A stretch of DNA of 63,627 nucleotides, the filler included, from Reclinomonas americana ATCC 50394 (taxonomy: Eukaryota): assembly GCA_048213135.1 (NCBI GenBank). It is 12 parts of 9 records of this genome, joined end to end, with 100 filler letters (N's around TTAATTAATTAA, not from the genome) between each part and the next. Parts side by side here need not be neighbours in the genome. Positions count along the whole stretch, not along the records: positions 6,533 to 18,746 come from PS015954.1; positions 18,847 to 22,175 come from PS015955.1; positions 22,276 to 24,901 come from AFZH01016257.1; 9 more parts are not named here. The stretch is one strand, 5' to 3'. Both the position numbers and the translations under genes were made by a program. Under the pieces are notes generated by a model. That model was not told where the DNA came from. It did not search any database and worked only from the letters and a program-made list of their open reading frames with translations. This document shows positions 11,299 to 22,295 of the stretch, in pieces. Numbering within the stretch: the first letter of the stretch is position 1; each line of letters opens with the position of its first letter.

Positions 11299-12040
11299 AA
11301 GGGAAGTGAGCAGGAAAACAAGCAAGAAATCACACCTGCTTGAGCCGGAGGAGGAGGAAGAGGTCGCGGCTCTTCCCGACGCTGCTGCCTCTCCTGCTCT
11401 CGAGGCTGCTGCTCCCGCTCCCGCTGCGGCGCCAAACCCTCCAGCACCTCCGCCACCCGCACCTTGCCATTCACACGCGCCTGCTGCGCCGCCGTCATGC
11501 CCGCCTTGTCGACCATCGCCACCAGCTCAGGAAAGCGAGTGGCAAGCAGGCGCACAATCTCCTCATGCCCATTCATGGCCGCAAAGTGCAGCGCCGTCGA
11601 CTGATCATCTCTCGCCGCCGCGCGCACCATCTCCGCCGGACACCGTCGCTCCTCGGCCAGCAACCACTCCACCACCTCCAGATTGCGATTATACGCGGCC
11701 CTCATCAGTGGTGTCCACCCATAGTCGTCGACCAGCAGTGCCAGTTGCTCGCCGACTCCGCTCTCCTCCCACAGGTACTGCAGCACCGCAAAGTGGCCGC
11801 CGTTGACGGCAAAGTGGAAGGCCGAGTCGCCCCAGTCGTTCATCTCCTCTCGGCGCAGGAGGGTGTGGGCGCCCTCGCGTGTGACCAGCTCGCGCAGTGC
11901 GGGCACGTCGTTTTCCCAGGCCAGTTCGTGGGCTTTCTTGCGGGTGCTAAAAAGAGAGGAGAGAGAGTGAGGGGAAAGGGAAAGGGAAAGAGGAGGGAGA
12001 GAAAGGGAGAGAAAGGGAGAGAGTCGCAGACAAACCTCAT
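10338..12040 (-). CDS. Ankyrin - coiled coil protein, copy 4, lacking an intact kinase domain
   Basis: ATGAG|gt (12040) spliced to STRKKAHELAWENDVPALREL.. ANK repeats, a 17-nt microexon (10826-10810) and a coiled-coil exon. Probable stop at 10338. Confidence 0.7.
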
Positions 12041-12140
12041 GGTGTTGATGTTGAAGACGGGGGGAAACAGCAGCAACTCGCACACGCTCGTCTGCTATCA
12101 CAATGCCTTCTCTTACGTGTTCTTCCGCGTGTCCTGTTTC

Positions 12141-12453
12141 ATGGCGGACGATGACGAAGGCGACGTCCTGCTTCCACCCCTACCCTTACACAACAATTCT
12201 TCTCGTCTTTTGCACACACACACACACACAATGCACAGACGTGGCTCTCAAGAGATTGTTACTAATCTTTCAAACTATCTGGCGAAACCGATAGCGCCCT
12301 TCGCCGTCTCCGGCTCGTTCCACCACACCGCGCCGATCGTGCTCAGTCACGTGCAGTCGGGTACTGTGATCGCGCTCGGCCAGTCCACCGAGGCCGAGCT
12401 GGAGACCTTCTTCCAGCTGTGTCGACCCGCCGGCTTTGGTCGTGGCACCGAGA
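12141..12453 (+). CDS. 5' part of a putative 2OG-Fe(II) oxygenase-family protein (runs into gap)
   Basis: ..PFAVSGS..ELETFFQLCRPAGFGRGTE resembles the 'C.PA.FG.G.E' motif found N-terminal to fungal/protist 2OG-Fe(II) oxygenase domains. Start uncertain (12141 or 12231). Confidence 0.45.
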
Positions 12454-13408
12454 NNNNNNNNNNNNNNNNNNNNNNNNNNNNNNNNNNNNNNNNNNNNNNN
12501 NNNNNNNNNNNNNNNNNNNNNNNNNNNNNNNNNNNNNNNNNNNNNNNNNNNNNNNNNNNNNNNNNNNNNNNNNNNNNNNNNNNNNNNNNNNNNNNNNNNN
12601 NNNNNNNNNNNNNNNNNNNNNNNNNNNNNNNNNNNNNNNNNNNNNNNNNNNNNNNNNNNNNNNNNNNNNNNNNNNNNNNNNNNNNNNNNNNNNNNNNNNN
12701 NNNNNNNNNNNNNNNNNNNNNNNNNNNNNNNNNNNNNNNNNNNNNNNNNNNNNNNNNNNNNNNNNNNNNNNNNNNNNNNNNNNNNNNNNNNNNNNNNNNN
12801 NNNNNNNNNNNNNNNNNNNNNNNNNNNNNNNNNNNNNNNNNNNNNNNNNNNNNNNNNNNNNNNNNNNNNNNNNNNNNNNNNNNNNNNNNNNNNNNNNNNN
12901 NNNNNNNNNNNNNNNNNNNNNNNNNNNNNNNNNNNNNNNNNNNNNNNNNNNNNNNNNNNNNNNNNNNNNNNNNNNNNNNNNNNNNNNNNNNNNNNNNNNN
13001 NNNNNNNNNNNNNNNNNNNNNNNNNNNNNNNNNNNNNNNNNNNNNNNNNNNNNNNNNNNNNNNNNNNNNNNNNNNNNNNNNNNNNNNNNNNNNNNNNNNN
13101 NNNNNNNNNNNNNNNNNNNNNNNNNNNNNNNNNNNNNNNNNNNNNNNNNNNNNNNNNNNNNNNNNNNNNNNNNNNNNNNNNNNNNNNNNNNNNNNNNNNN
13201 NNNNNNNNNNNNNNNNNNNNNNNNNNNNNNNNNNNNNNNNNNNNNNNNNNNNNNNNNNNNNNNNNNNNNNNNNNNNNNNNNNNNNNNNNNNNNNNNNCTT
13301 CTCTATCTCTCTGTGTGAATATGTCTGTGTGCGTGTGTGTGAGTGGTGCTGCCTTGTCTGTGCAGGAGAGTGTGAATATGCGCTTCGTGTCTGTCTATGC
13401 TCTTCTCG

Positions 13409-13440
<32 letters not shown>

Positions 13441-13711
13441 CGAGTGATTGAGAAGCGCGAGCAGCGTTGCCCGTCTCTCTGTGCACGAGAGCGTGAGTAT
13501 GCGCCTCGCGCCTGTCTGCGTTCATCTACTCTCTCTCTCTGTGCGTGAATAGTGCTTCATCTGTCTCTCAGTCACGTTCTTACTCTCTTTCCTTCACTCT
13601 CGTAAGAGTCGTTCTTCTTTCATCTCTCGCTCCTCTACATCTCCCTACGTCTCTCCCTCCTCCCTCTCCCTCTCTCTCTCTCTCACATCTCCCTCTCTTC
13701 CATCCACTCAC

Positions 13712-13818
13712 CTGTCGACCTTGCGACGCGCCAAGTACGCAATGCCGAAGCTGCCACGACCAATCTCCTGCAGTCGATCATAGTCGAGCGAGCGGTCGCT
13801 AGTCGCCACCGACGACAT
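13712..13818 (-). CDS. First coding exon of a NEK (NIMA-related) Ser/Thr kinase; remainder in gap
   Basis: MSSVATSDRSLDYDRLQEIGRGSFGIAYLARRKVD followed by a gtgagt donor; typical NEK N-terminus (Y..L..IG.GSFG.AYL). Confidence 0.7.
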
Positions 13819-14343
13819 GCTTTCTTCCTGTAAACAAACAAACACAAACACACAAACAAACACACAAGAAAATAACAAACAGAAAAAAACACATGAATGA
13901 TTGTTGTTGTTGTCGAGATCATGGCCAAACACACACTCATAACAACTGACACACAGAGACGCGCGTGCTCTTTCTCTCTCTGTGTGAGTGTGTCAGAGTG
14001 AGGAAGAGCGCGATGTCCTCACCCGCAACTGTGACTCGTTGCGCAAATTGAGCCTCCACTCAGCACGCACACTCAAACCGCTCACTTACACACACACACA
14101 CTCACTGACTAACACACACAACTATGCCACACACACAGAGACAGAGAGAGAGAGACAACAGAACACAACAGCGCGTGCGTGCGTGCGTGCGTGCGTGTCT
14201 GCGTGTGCGAGGCAGACAGAGACAAGGCAGTGGTGTCTCACCTGTGTGTATGCGCGCGCGCGTTGACTCTGAGTGTGCGCGCGTGCGGGACAGTGACAAT
14301 GCGTGACAGTGCTGCTCGCGATCGTTTTCTTTTTTGTTTGACA

Positions 14344-15935
14344 ATGGCGACATCGTTGTTGTCGCAGCGCAGCTCATCGACGCAGCAGCGACGTGCTGGC
14401 GTCAACAAGCTGAGCGATGAGTTCTCGCGAGTTGCGTCTCTCTTTGTGTGTGAGTCTTTCTTTTCTTTGTGTGTGTGTGTGCTGACTGATGTGTTTGTTT
14501 GTGTGCAGAGTCTGGTGGCGGCCTACAAGCAGAGTGTGACGCACAGGCCATCGGCCAAGTATATGTTCCGGAAGCTTGCACCGCGTGGTGGTCCGGGAGT
14601 GCCTGCTCCGACGTTGCGTGGTCAAGAAGGGGGCTTCACTGGTCTTCTTCCTCGTCCTCCCTCTTCTTCTTCTTCTTCTTATGCTTCTTGTCCTCCTTCT
14701 TCTTGTTCTTCTTGTCCTTCTTCTTCTTCTTCTCCTCCTCCTCCTCCTCCTCCTCCTCCTCCTCCTCCTCCTCCTCCTCCTCCTCCTCCTCCTCCTCCTC
14801 CTCCCTCTCCTTCTCTTCGCCTTCTTCTCATCATCTCTCTTCCCCTTTTCCCCCCTTCTTCCCCTTTGCAGACTGGCCACCCGCTGTCACGCGCGGACTG
14901 GAAGGAGTTCCTGGAGACGGTGCTTCCCAACCGCAGCCTGCGTTACTTGCCGCGCTCGGAAGTGGAGGCCGCTGAGCAGGAGCTGAGGGAGCAAGGGGGA
15001 TCGGAGGCGATGAGTGGATCTCAATTTGCGGCGCAACACATTGACTTGTAGAAGCGCTGCCCCCGAGATACACACAATCGTCTTTCGATGCCTCTCACCT
15101 TCCGCCAGCTTCTGCTCTGCCGGTCGCCGCACTACCCGATGCGCCGTCCCACGAGCACGCCTTCTCGCCATCCTCTTCGTCCACCACCACCACCACCACC
15201 ACCACGACGTCTTCTTCAAGCGCCTCGTCGCCTTCTTCCCCTATTCCCACATCATCGTCATCATCATCATCGTCGTCGTCGCTTGCTGGTGCCGGCACCT
15301 TTGTCTACCAGGAGCTGTCCACGGTTGACATGTACAAGTTTGCAGCCAGCCGTGGACTGTCGTGGGAGCATCTGCAGAAGCGGCAGCCGACGACACCACC
15401 ACCGATGTACCCCGCACCTGGACCACAGTGTGCGTATTTCCCGGTGAATCCTGTGCAGCCGCAGCATTCAATGCACCTGCCGCCACCGCCACCACCGCCA
15501 CCTCCTCCTCCTTCGGTGCCGATGCCGAGCAGCTGGCTGGGTCCGTACGTACCGCAGCCGCCACCACCACCACCATCATTCTACATCCCGGTGCATCCAG
15601 TCCCCGTGGTCCCATCGTTCAGTGTGCCGGTGTCGGCGTCGCCGTATCCTCCTGTCTCGAACGCTCCCACACCCACTCCAGTACCGTCGTCGCCTCCACT
15701 TTGGTCGCAGGTGGAGCCTCCGTATCTGCCGACAGAGGCCCTGCTTTGGCCGGCTCCGTCGCCTACTTCCTCGCAGGCTGACCAGAAAGTGGATCCTGAA
15801 CCGTTTGCGTCAGCCGCCGTTCCTGTGTACTCAAGTGACTACCTCCGGGATGACGACGGCGACGACCTCAACCTGTTGTATCCGGACCCTGTGCCCGAGA
15901 GCGACCCCGAGTTTCCGTTCCTTCTTCGTGATTAA
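14344..15935 (+). CDS. Hypothetical spliced protein with Pro-rich and acidic C-terminus
   Basis: ATG at 14344, protein-like segments (HPLSRADWKEFLETVLPNRSLRYL; DMYKFAASRGLSWEHL) flanked by plausible splice sites, and a last ORF ending TAA at 15935. Exon structure uncertain. Confidence 0.4.
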
Positions 15936-16148
15936 AATGATGTACAATGTGTGGAATCATTCACACGTCTCTTGCACTCAAAATACCAGCCCTTGTGCCT
16001 TCTGTTCCCTTTTCTTTCCCTCATTGCATATCCAGTCTCCTCTTGCATGCGCATATTTTACCTTTCCCTTCAAGAATATGTTTCCACACTCTATTCTCTC
16101 CCCATGTCTTTCTGTTGCACAATCTCTTCTCTCTGAATCATCTCTTCT

Positions 16149-18746
16149 TCACGTATTCTTCTTCAAACGAACACTTCTCCATCCGTTGCCGGCATACACA
16201 CCAAGCACTCTTTCCACCACCAGCTTCTCCATGTCGCACACATACACGGTGCCGTCGTCGCTGCAGGAGAACATGCGCCGACTGTCGGGCGAGAAGCACA
16301 CGGCCCTGACCGTCATGGTGTGACCACCATTCACATACAGTGCCGGCGCCCCTGAATCCACCACCGACTCTGCCGACATGGAGCCGTCGACACCGCCACT
16401 GGCCACCCACTTTCCATCGTTGGAGACAGCCACTGTCGTCGTCGTATCGGTATGCCCATCCAGTTTCACGTCCCTCGTCTTGGAGGCCACTGACCAACGT
16501 TCCACATTCATCCACCTACTTGCCGTGCCGAGGTACACGTATTGCGAGTCGGGAGTGAAAGCTGCGGCCATAACAAGGCTTCCACGGTCACCCAGTGTGC
16601 ACACGAGCTCACCCGTCTCCACCGACCACACCAATGCTCGCCAATCGTATCCTCCTGCACTCACGACGTACTTGCCGTCGTGCGAAATGTCCACCATCTC
16701 GACCGTTTTCCTGTGCTCCTTCATGCGGTGCCGCAACCGCAGCAGCTCGCCACCAGCGCCGGCACCACCACCGTCATCATCACCATCATCGGCGGCGACA
16801 TCGTAAACGCAAACCTCATAGTCTGGCGGTGCGCCGCCGGTGGCCACTAAGCGACCATCACGCGATACCGCCAGTACCACGCCGTCGCAGGAAATCGAAC
16901 CCAGCTGCTCTCCCGTGGCCATTGACCACAACGACAGCGCGCCACCATTATGCCACCGTTTCAGGACACACAGAGTGCACTGGCTGCCGGCCCCTTTTGG
17001 CAGCAACGCCACCTCGCCGCCGACACCGGGGAATCGTCGCACCTCCTCACCAGTGGCACACGACCACACCCGCACGACGTCGTCGTCGCCGCCCGTGACC
17101 ACATGCAGGCTGTCTGGCGTGACGGCCAGTGACGCGAACGCGGGGAACACCGCTCGCCGAATCTCGTCGCCCTGCGCCGTGGACCACACGCGAATCGCTC
17201 CAAAGAAGGAGCCTTCGTCGCCCTCGAGGCCACCGTCACTGCTGATAATGTACTGACCGTCGGGCGACACGCAGCACGCATCCAGAGAGCGAGTGTGCCC
17301 CACAAAGCATCGCAACTCTTCGCCCGTGACAAGACCGTAGACACGAATGGAGCGCCCGCGCGTTGCCACGAACCGCTGGCTGTCAGGCGAGAGGCCAATC
17401 AAGGACACACCATCAAACTTGCGCACCAGCTCGCCAGTGGTCATGGAGAAGACTGCGCGAGAGATTACTGCGTAGCGCAGATCTCGAGTGACAGTCACCG
17501 CCCCTGATCCGGCCGGCACATCACAGTGCACGCGACGCACTTCACGACCAGTGTCCACCTCCCACACCCGCACTGTGCTGTCGGTGGCGAGTGCAACAAT
17601 GTGCGCACTGCCAGGCACGATGCTAATGCACGTCAACTCTTGCTCTTGCACCTCTGCAAACCGCTCCGCATGCGCCACCTCACCCGTCTCCAGCGACCAC
17701 AGCGTAAAGCCGAGGATCATGCACTCGCCGTCGGCGGTCAGCGCCATGCTCTGGCCGGCCAGCTTGCTGCCGCGCACCTGGAATGCTCGTATAGGTGCGC
17801 CAGTGGCCGAGTGCCACACGTGAACATTCAGCTGCCGCGACAAGCTGACCACTCGCTCGCCGTCGGGTGTGACGGCGACACACGTGGCTCCGTCGCCCTC
17901 GGCACGATGCTTTTCGTACATCACGAGCCGCTTGCCATCTTGCAGCGCGAACACGTACGCATAGCCTTCCAGGCAGCTGGCAACAATGAGCCGGTTGTCC
18001 GGCGACACGACGACAGAGTTAAGCGAGTAGTTAAAGTAGTCGATTTCCCCTCGTGGCAAGCGAGCACCCGTCAAGTTGGCGCCGCAAACATCGGCCTGTG
18101 AGCAGTACGCCGAGAGCAGATTGACATTGCGCAGGTCGGCGTCGCAGAGCACCGTCTTGTGCATCACTGCATCGCGCAAATCGGCGCCGACTAGCGAGCA
18201 GTTGCTGAGATCGCGCGCACTGAACGGCACTCCAGCGGCGCACAAGACACTGGCGGCGCTGGCCGACACCACCGACAACACCGACTCATTCGCCGGTGTG
18301 CGCCTTCGCGACAGCTCAATCGCGTGCCACAGCGCACTCTGCAGCGTGGTGTCGAGTCGCACGTGCTCGGCGGCGAACGAGAGGACCGAGTTGAGGCCCT
18401 ACAAAGAAAGGGACAGCGTGACGATGGGTTCGAGAGAGAGAGGAGGGGGGGGAGAGGAAGGGCGATGAATGGTACCCACCTCGTCCATTGGCGTGAGGGG
18501 ACGCGTGCCCGCGAGACCGCCTCGGAGTCGGTCGACAGCGTCCTGTGCAGGAACCATGAGTGGTCTTGACCACAAAGACAATTAGAAAACCGAGAGATCA
18601 CCTCCAGCTGGTCGCTGTTGCCGGCGAGAATGTGCACCTCGTCCAGCCACGACTGCGCAGCAAAGTACTCGAGCACCGACTTGTGGACGAATTCGACACG
18701 CTGCAGGTGGTCGGCACGGCGGCTCCACTTGAACAGGGACTTTTTT
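16149..18746 (-). CDS. NLR-like protein: NACHT winged-helix end - pentapeptide repeats - WD40 repeats (5' truncated by gap)
   Basis: EFVHKSVLEYFAAQ (NACHT winged-helix motif F.HKS..EYF.A) at about 18650-18695, two short introns, then SVLSFAAEHV..LWHAIELS..AASVLCAAGVPFSARDLSNCSLVGADLRDAVMHKTVLCDADLRNVNL (pentapeptide) and about a dozen divergent WD40 repeats up to the stop at 16149. Confidence 0.8.
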
Positions 18747-18859
18747 NNNNNNNNNNNNNNNNNNNNNNNNNNNNNNNNNNNNNNNNNNNNTTAATTAATT
18801 AANNNNNNNNNNNNNNNNNNNNNNNNNNNNNNNNNNNNNNNNNNNNCGTCGTCGTCGTC

Positions 18860-18923
<64 letters not shown>

Positions 18924-19698
18924 GGCGAGAAAGTGAGAGCTCAAGGACGAAACTGGCTGAGGTTTGTTGTCAGTTCGCGTTGATCATTCGCAGTGTGGCA
19001 GTGAGCAGCACGTCATTGATCGTTGTGACGCACGCACCTTCTTCTATCGCAGTGAGTCACTCAGTGTTTGGTGGAAGCGAGAGTGGGAGAGAGATATCGA
19101 TCGAACGTCATATCGCGACCGGTTGCACTTGTCAGAGTGCACACTCTCAGCGTGAGCAGTGAGCTGCAGCCATTTATCGCCGTGATGCAACCACACCTGT
19201 ACACGTGCATGCCTTCTGTGTTGACAGGAAATAGAGAGTGAGAGAGACTGAGAGAGTTGGACGATCGCGAATAATAATTTCCTTTTCTGTCGCACGTTCG
19301 TTGATCACGCACTCCCAACGCACAGAAGCAATCGCCATTCACTGATCGCACCCACGCCTGTCTTCTTGCTCACTGCCTCTTCGTCTCCGCTGGTCTCGTT
19401 CGAGTTGTCAGATTCGTCATTTTCTTGCGAGATTTGTGTGTCTCATTCAGTCGCCCTGCCATCTTCGTGTCTCTCTCTTCCACACGACAGCAGTGGTACT
19501 CAGTAGCAGCGCGTACCCCGGAGTTGATCGTGTGGCGGTGGGTGAGAGATACACGACAAACTCCGGGATCCGACGCTGTTCCCACTGCCAAGTATTGTCG
19601 TATTAGTCAAAGTTTTATTGAATTCACTCCTCTTTTCCCTCTCCGTCCGTGAGCAAACAGAACTCGCCTCCCTTCGCTCTCACTTTTCTCCTCTTGCC

Positions 19699-20026
19699 AT
19701 GTCGAACGCACCTCAGCCACACGCTGATGGTGGCGACGCATGGGGTGCTGCTGGACGCTCAGCGTCACCAGTGCCTGTGGACGATGCCATTGTTTTTTGA
19801 TCGAGCTAGTCCATGTGGCTTTGATGACCTTGGCGTTCCCAGTAGCCCTCCTCACGCCCCTCAGTCTGCACCCTCTCCATCTTCTTCTGACGACTCTCCT
19901 CCTGAGCTCGAGTTTCCTAAACATGTCTGTGCACCATCCGTCTGCGCACCTTCCGCTGCGCAGCTTTCTGAGATGGACCTTTACCCGGAGGTCAAAGAGA
20001 TGCTCTGGTCCTGTGGAGAGTGGTGA
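19699..20026 (+). CDS. Small acidic orphan protein A (two frames joined by a probable 73-nt intron or a +1 shift)
   Basis: ORF1 MSNAPQPHADGGDAWGAAG.. stops at TTT-TGA (19798-19800). The +1 ORF continues ..SVCAPSAAQLSEMDLYPEVKEML..W*. Both parts are homologous to gene B. Confidence 0.5.
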
Positions 20027-20459
20027 TTGTGTGTTTTGAGTGTGCTTTGTGTGGCGAAAGAAAGATTTAGTGAGTGTGTGGCCGATGTGTGGTAGTAAAG
20101 TAAGCCTCATTGTGCTGTTGCAAGGCTGGAGAGGAGATTGTGAAAGCTTCCCGAGAGCCATGCGGCAGTGAGGAGGGATATCGAGAGAGAGATCTCGAGA
20201 TTTGTTGTCAGACTTGCGTTTCCTCGCGTGTGAGGGTGATCTGTGTGCCTCCTGGCCACCACTGTGTGTTACACCTGGCGCGCGTGGGCGAGTGGGCTTG
20301 TTGATCTTCTGGCAGATAATGTTGAAACACGACAATCGACTGTATCACATCAATTCTGGCTGCCATGATTGACAGGCCCTGTCCTGTTTGGCTTGTTTTT
20401 TCTTCTCTATCCTCGCGTGTGAGCAAAGACAAACCCGCTCTTCTCTTCTTCCTTCACAG

Positions 20460-20964
20460 ATGTCATCCGCGCCTCAGTCGCCTGCGCCGACTGACGGTGG
20501 CGAAGCAGGCGGTGCTTCGGGAAGCTCGTCGGCGGCAGAAGCAGTGGGTGCACACATAGGTTGTTATGTGCGCTCACTGCGGAGCCGTCATTGAGTTTCA
20601 CGAGGGCACTGCCGCGTCTGCCGCCGCTCAGCTTGAACCCGCCGCAACTCTCCCAACTTATGCCCATGACGACGACGCTCCTGCGGAATTCTCTCACGAT
20701 GCGGCTCCCCTTTATGGGCACCCCATGATGGCTCTGTGCGCCAGCTCGTACTGCGTGCGCTCACTTGCGCAGTTTGCCTTGATGGATTACGAGTTCATGC
20801 CTGAGGCCCGCCAGTGGCTTGAGGATTATCATGACTATGATCCTGGCTTTGACGAGTTTGGCTGGCACGCTTATATGGAGCCTCATTTTGTGGGTGATGA
20901 GCTGGTGGACGTGGATTGTTCTGATGGAGATATGTCTGTGGACGATGAGGACGGAGAGGGGTAG
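20460..20964 (+). CDS. Small acidic orphan protein B, paralog of A
   Basis: ORF1 MSSAPQSPAPTDGGEAGGASG..; +1 ORF ..SYCVRSLAQFALMDYEFMPEARQWL.. with an acidic tail. Candidate donor gtgggt at 20544. Confidence 0.5.
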
Positions 20965-21607
20965 CATGCGCAGAGAGTGGGGGTTTATGATGTGTGTGTA
21001 GAAAGAATAATCGAGAGTGTGTGTGTGTGGTTTTCGTATGTGAAGGGTGTGTATGTAGGGTGGAAGGGAATGTGAGTATGTGTGTGTGTGTGGGGGGGCG
21101 CGCCAGCGCAGTCGGCACAGTAAATGTGTTGATTGTGTGGGGCCATGTTGTCAGATCATTGATCATGTGTGTTCTCTCGTCATGCCACAACCGCCGCAAC
21201 GCCACACTGCTCGTACCACCCTTCTCCTACTCCTCTCCCTCTCACTCCCCTGTCACCTGTGGCCACCAGCAGCGACACCGTCGAGTGGTTATCAAATGCT
21301 CAAATTCGATTGAAACTCGACAGGACCACCGCCATTCTCAGGGAGAAGGAGGGCAGGCGAACACACTCCAGCGGCAGTGAGAAACGTCCACGAGTGTGCG
21401 CGGAGGCCGAGGAGCCGAGCAACCACATCCAGCAACCACATCCGGCGACTGCCGGATTATGACTGGATTAAAAATCTGTCACACGGTGGACCTCAATTCG
21501 GTTCCGGACACTTTTTTACCTACACACATTCCGAGAGAGAGCGCACTTTCGGCTTCCCTCGCTCCATTCCCCCTCTCCCTCTCACTCTCTGTGTGTTGGG
21601 TTTTAAA

Positions 21608-22025
21608 ATGAACTCCTCTTCATCTTCATCTTCCTCGTCTGCTGCTGCCTCCGCGGCTGGCAATGTGACCATCAGGCCGACCACCCTCATTGTTTGCTAA
21701 GGGTGTCGGTCCTCGTGGTCGCGGAGCCGAACCGCAGTCTTCCTCTTCCTCCTCCTCCTCGTCTCTCGCACAGTGGACACCCACTCGCACACCTCACACG
21801 CCACAGCAGCAGCAGCAACACCAGTCGCTCACCATCCGCCCCCTCCAATACATGGACTACGACGATGCTCAGCGCGTCGTTCAGCTCCTCTTGTCGACGC
21901 CGACGCCGGCGGCGGACTTTACTCCGCCGCCCGCGCGGCCGGACGCCTATCCGGAGGAGCTGATGGAGGAGCTGATGGAGCCTGGCGATGATACCTTGAG
22001 TGGTGACTGGTGGCCGCAGCAATGA
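21608..22025 (+). CDS. Small acidic low-complexity orphan protein C
   Basis: ATG at 21608. A canonical-looking 82-nt intron (gtttgc 21692 .. pyrimidine tract cgcacag 21773) joins ORF1 to the +1 ORF ending ..DWWPQQ*. Confidence 0.45.
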
Positions 22026-22295
22026 CGCGGTGTGTTGCGAGTGTGTTCGTGTGTACAGCTTAATGATAAATGAAAATGGCGAGGCGGAGGTCCTCCTTGT
22101 TTGAAGTGGAGAGGGAGGGAGAGAGAACACGACAAAAACTTCTGACAGCAACACTTTTGCGCGTGTTCTTCTTCCNNNNNNNNNNNNNNNNNNNNNNNNN
22201 NNNNNNNNNNNNNNNNNNNTTAATTAATTAANNNNNNNNNNNNNNNNNNNNNNNNNNNNNNNNNNNNNNNNNNNNGTTGTGTCGTCATCACGCAG

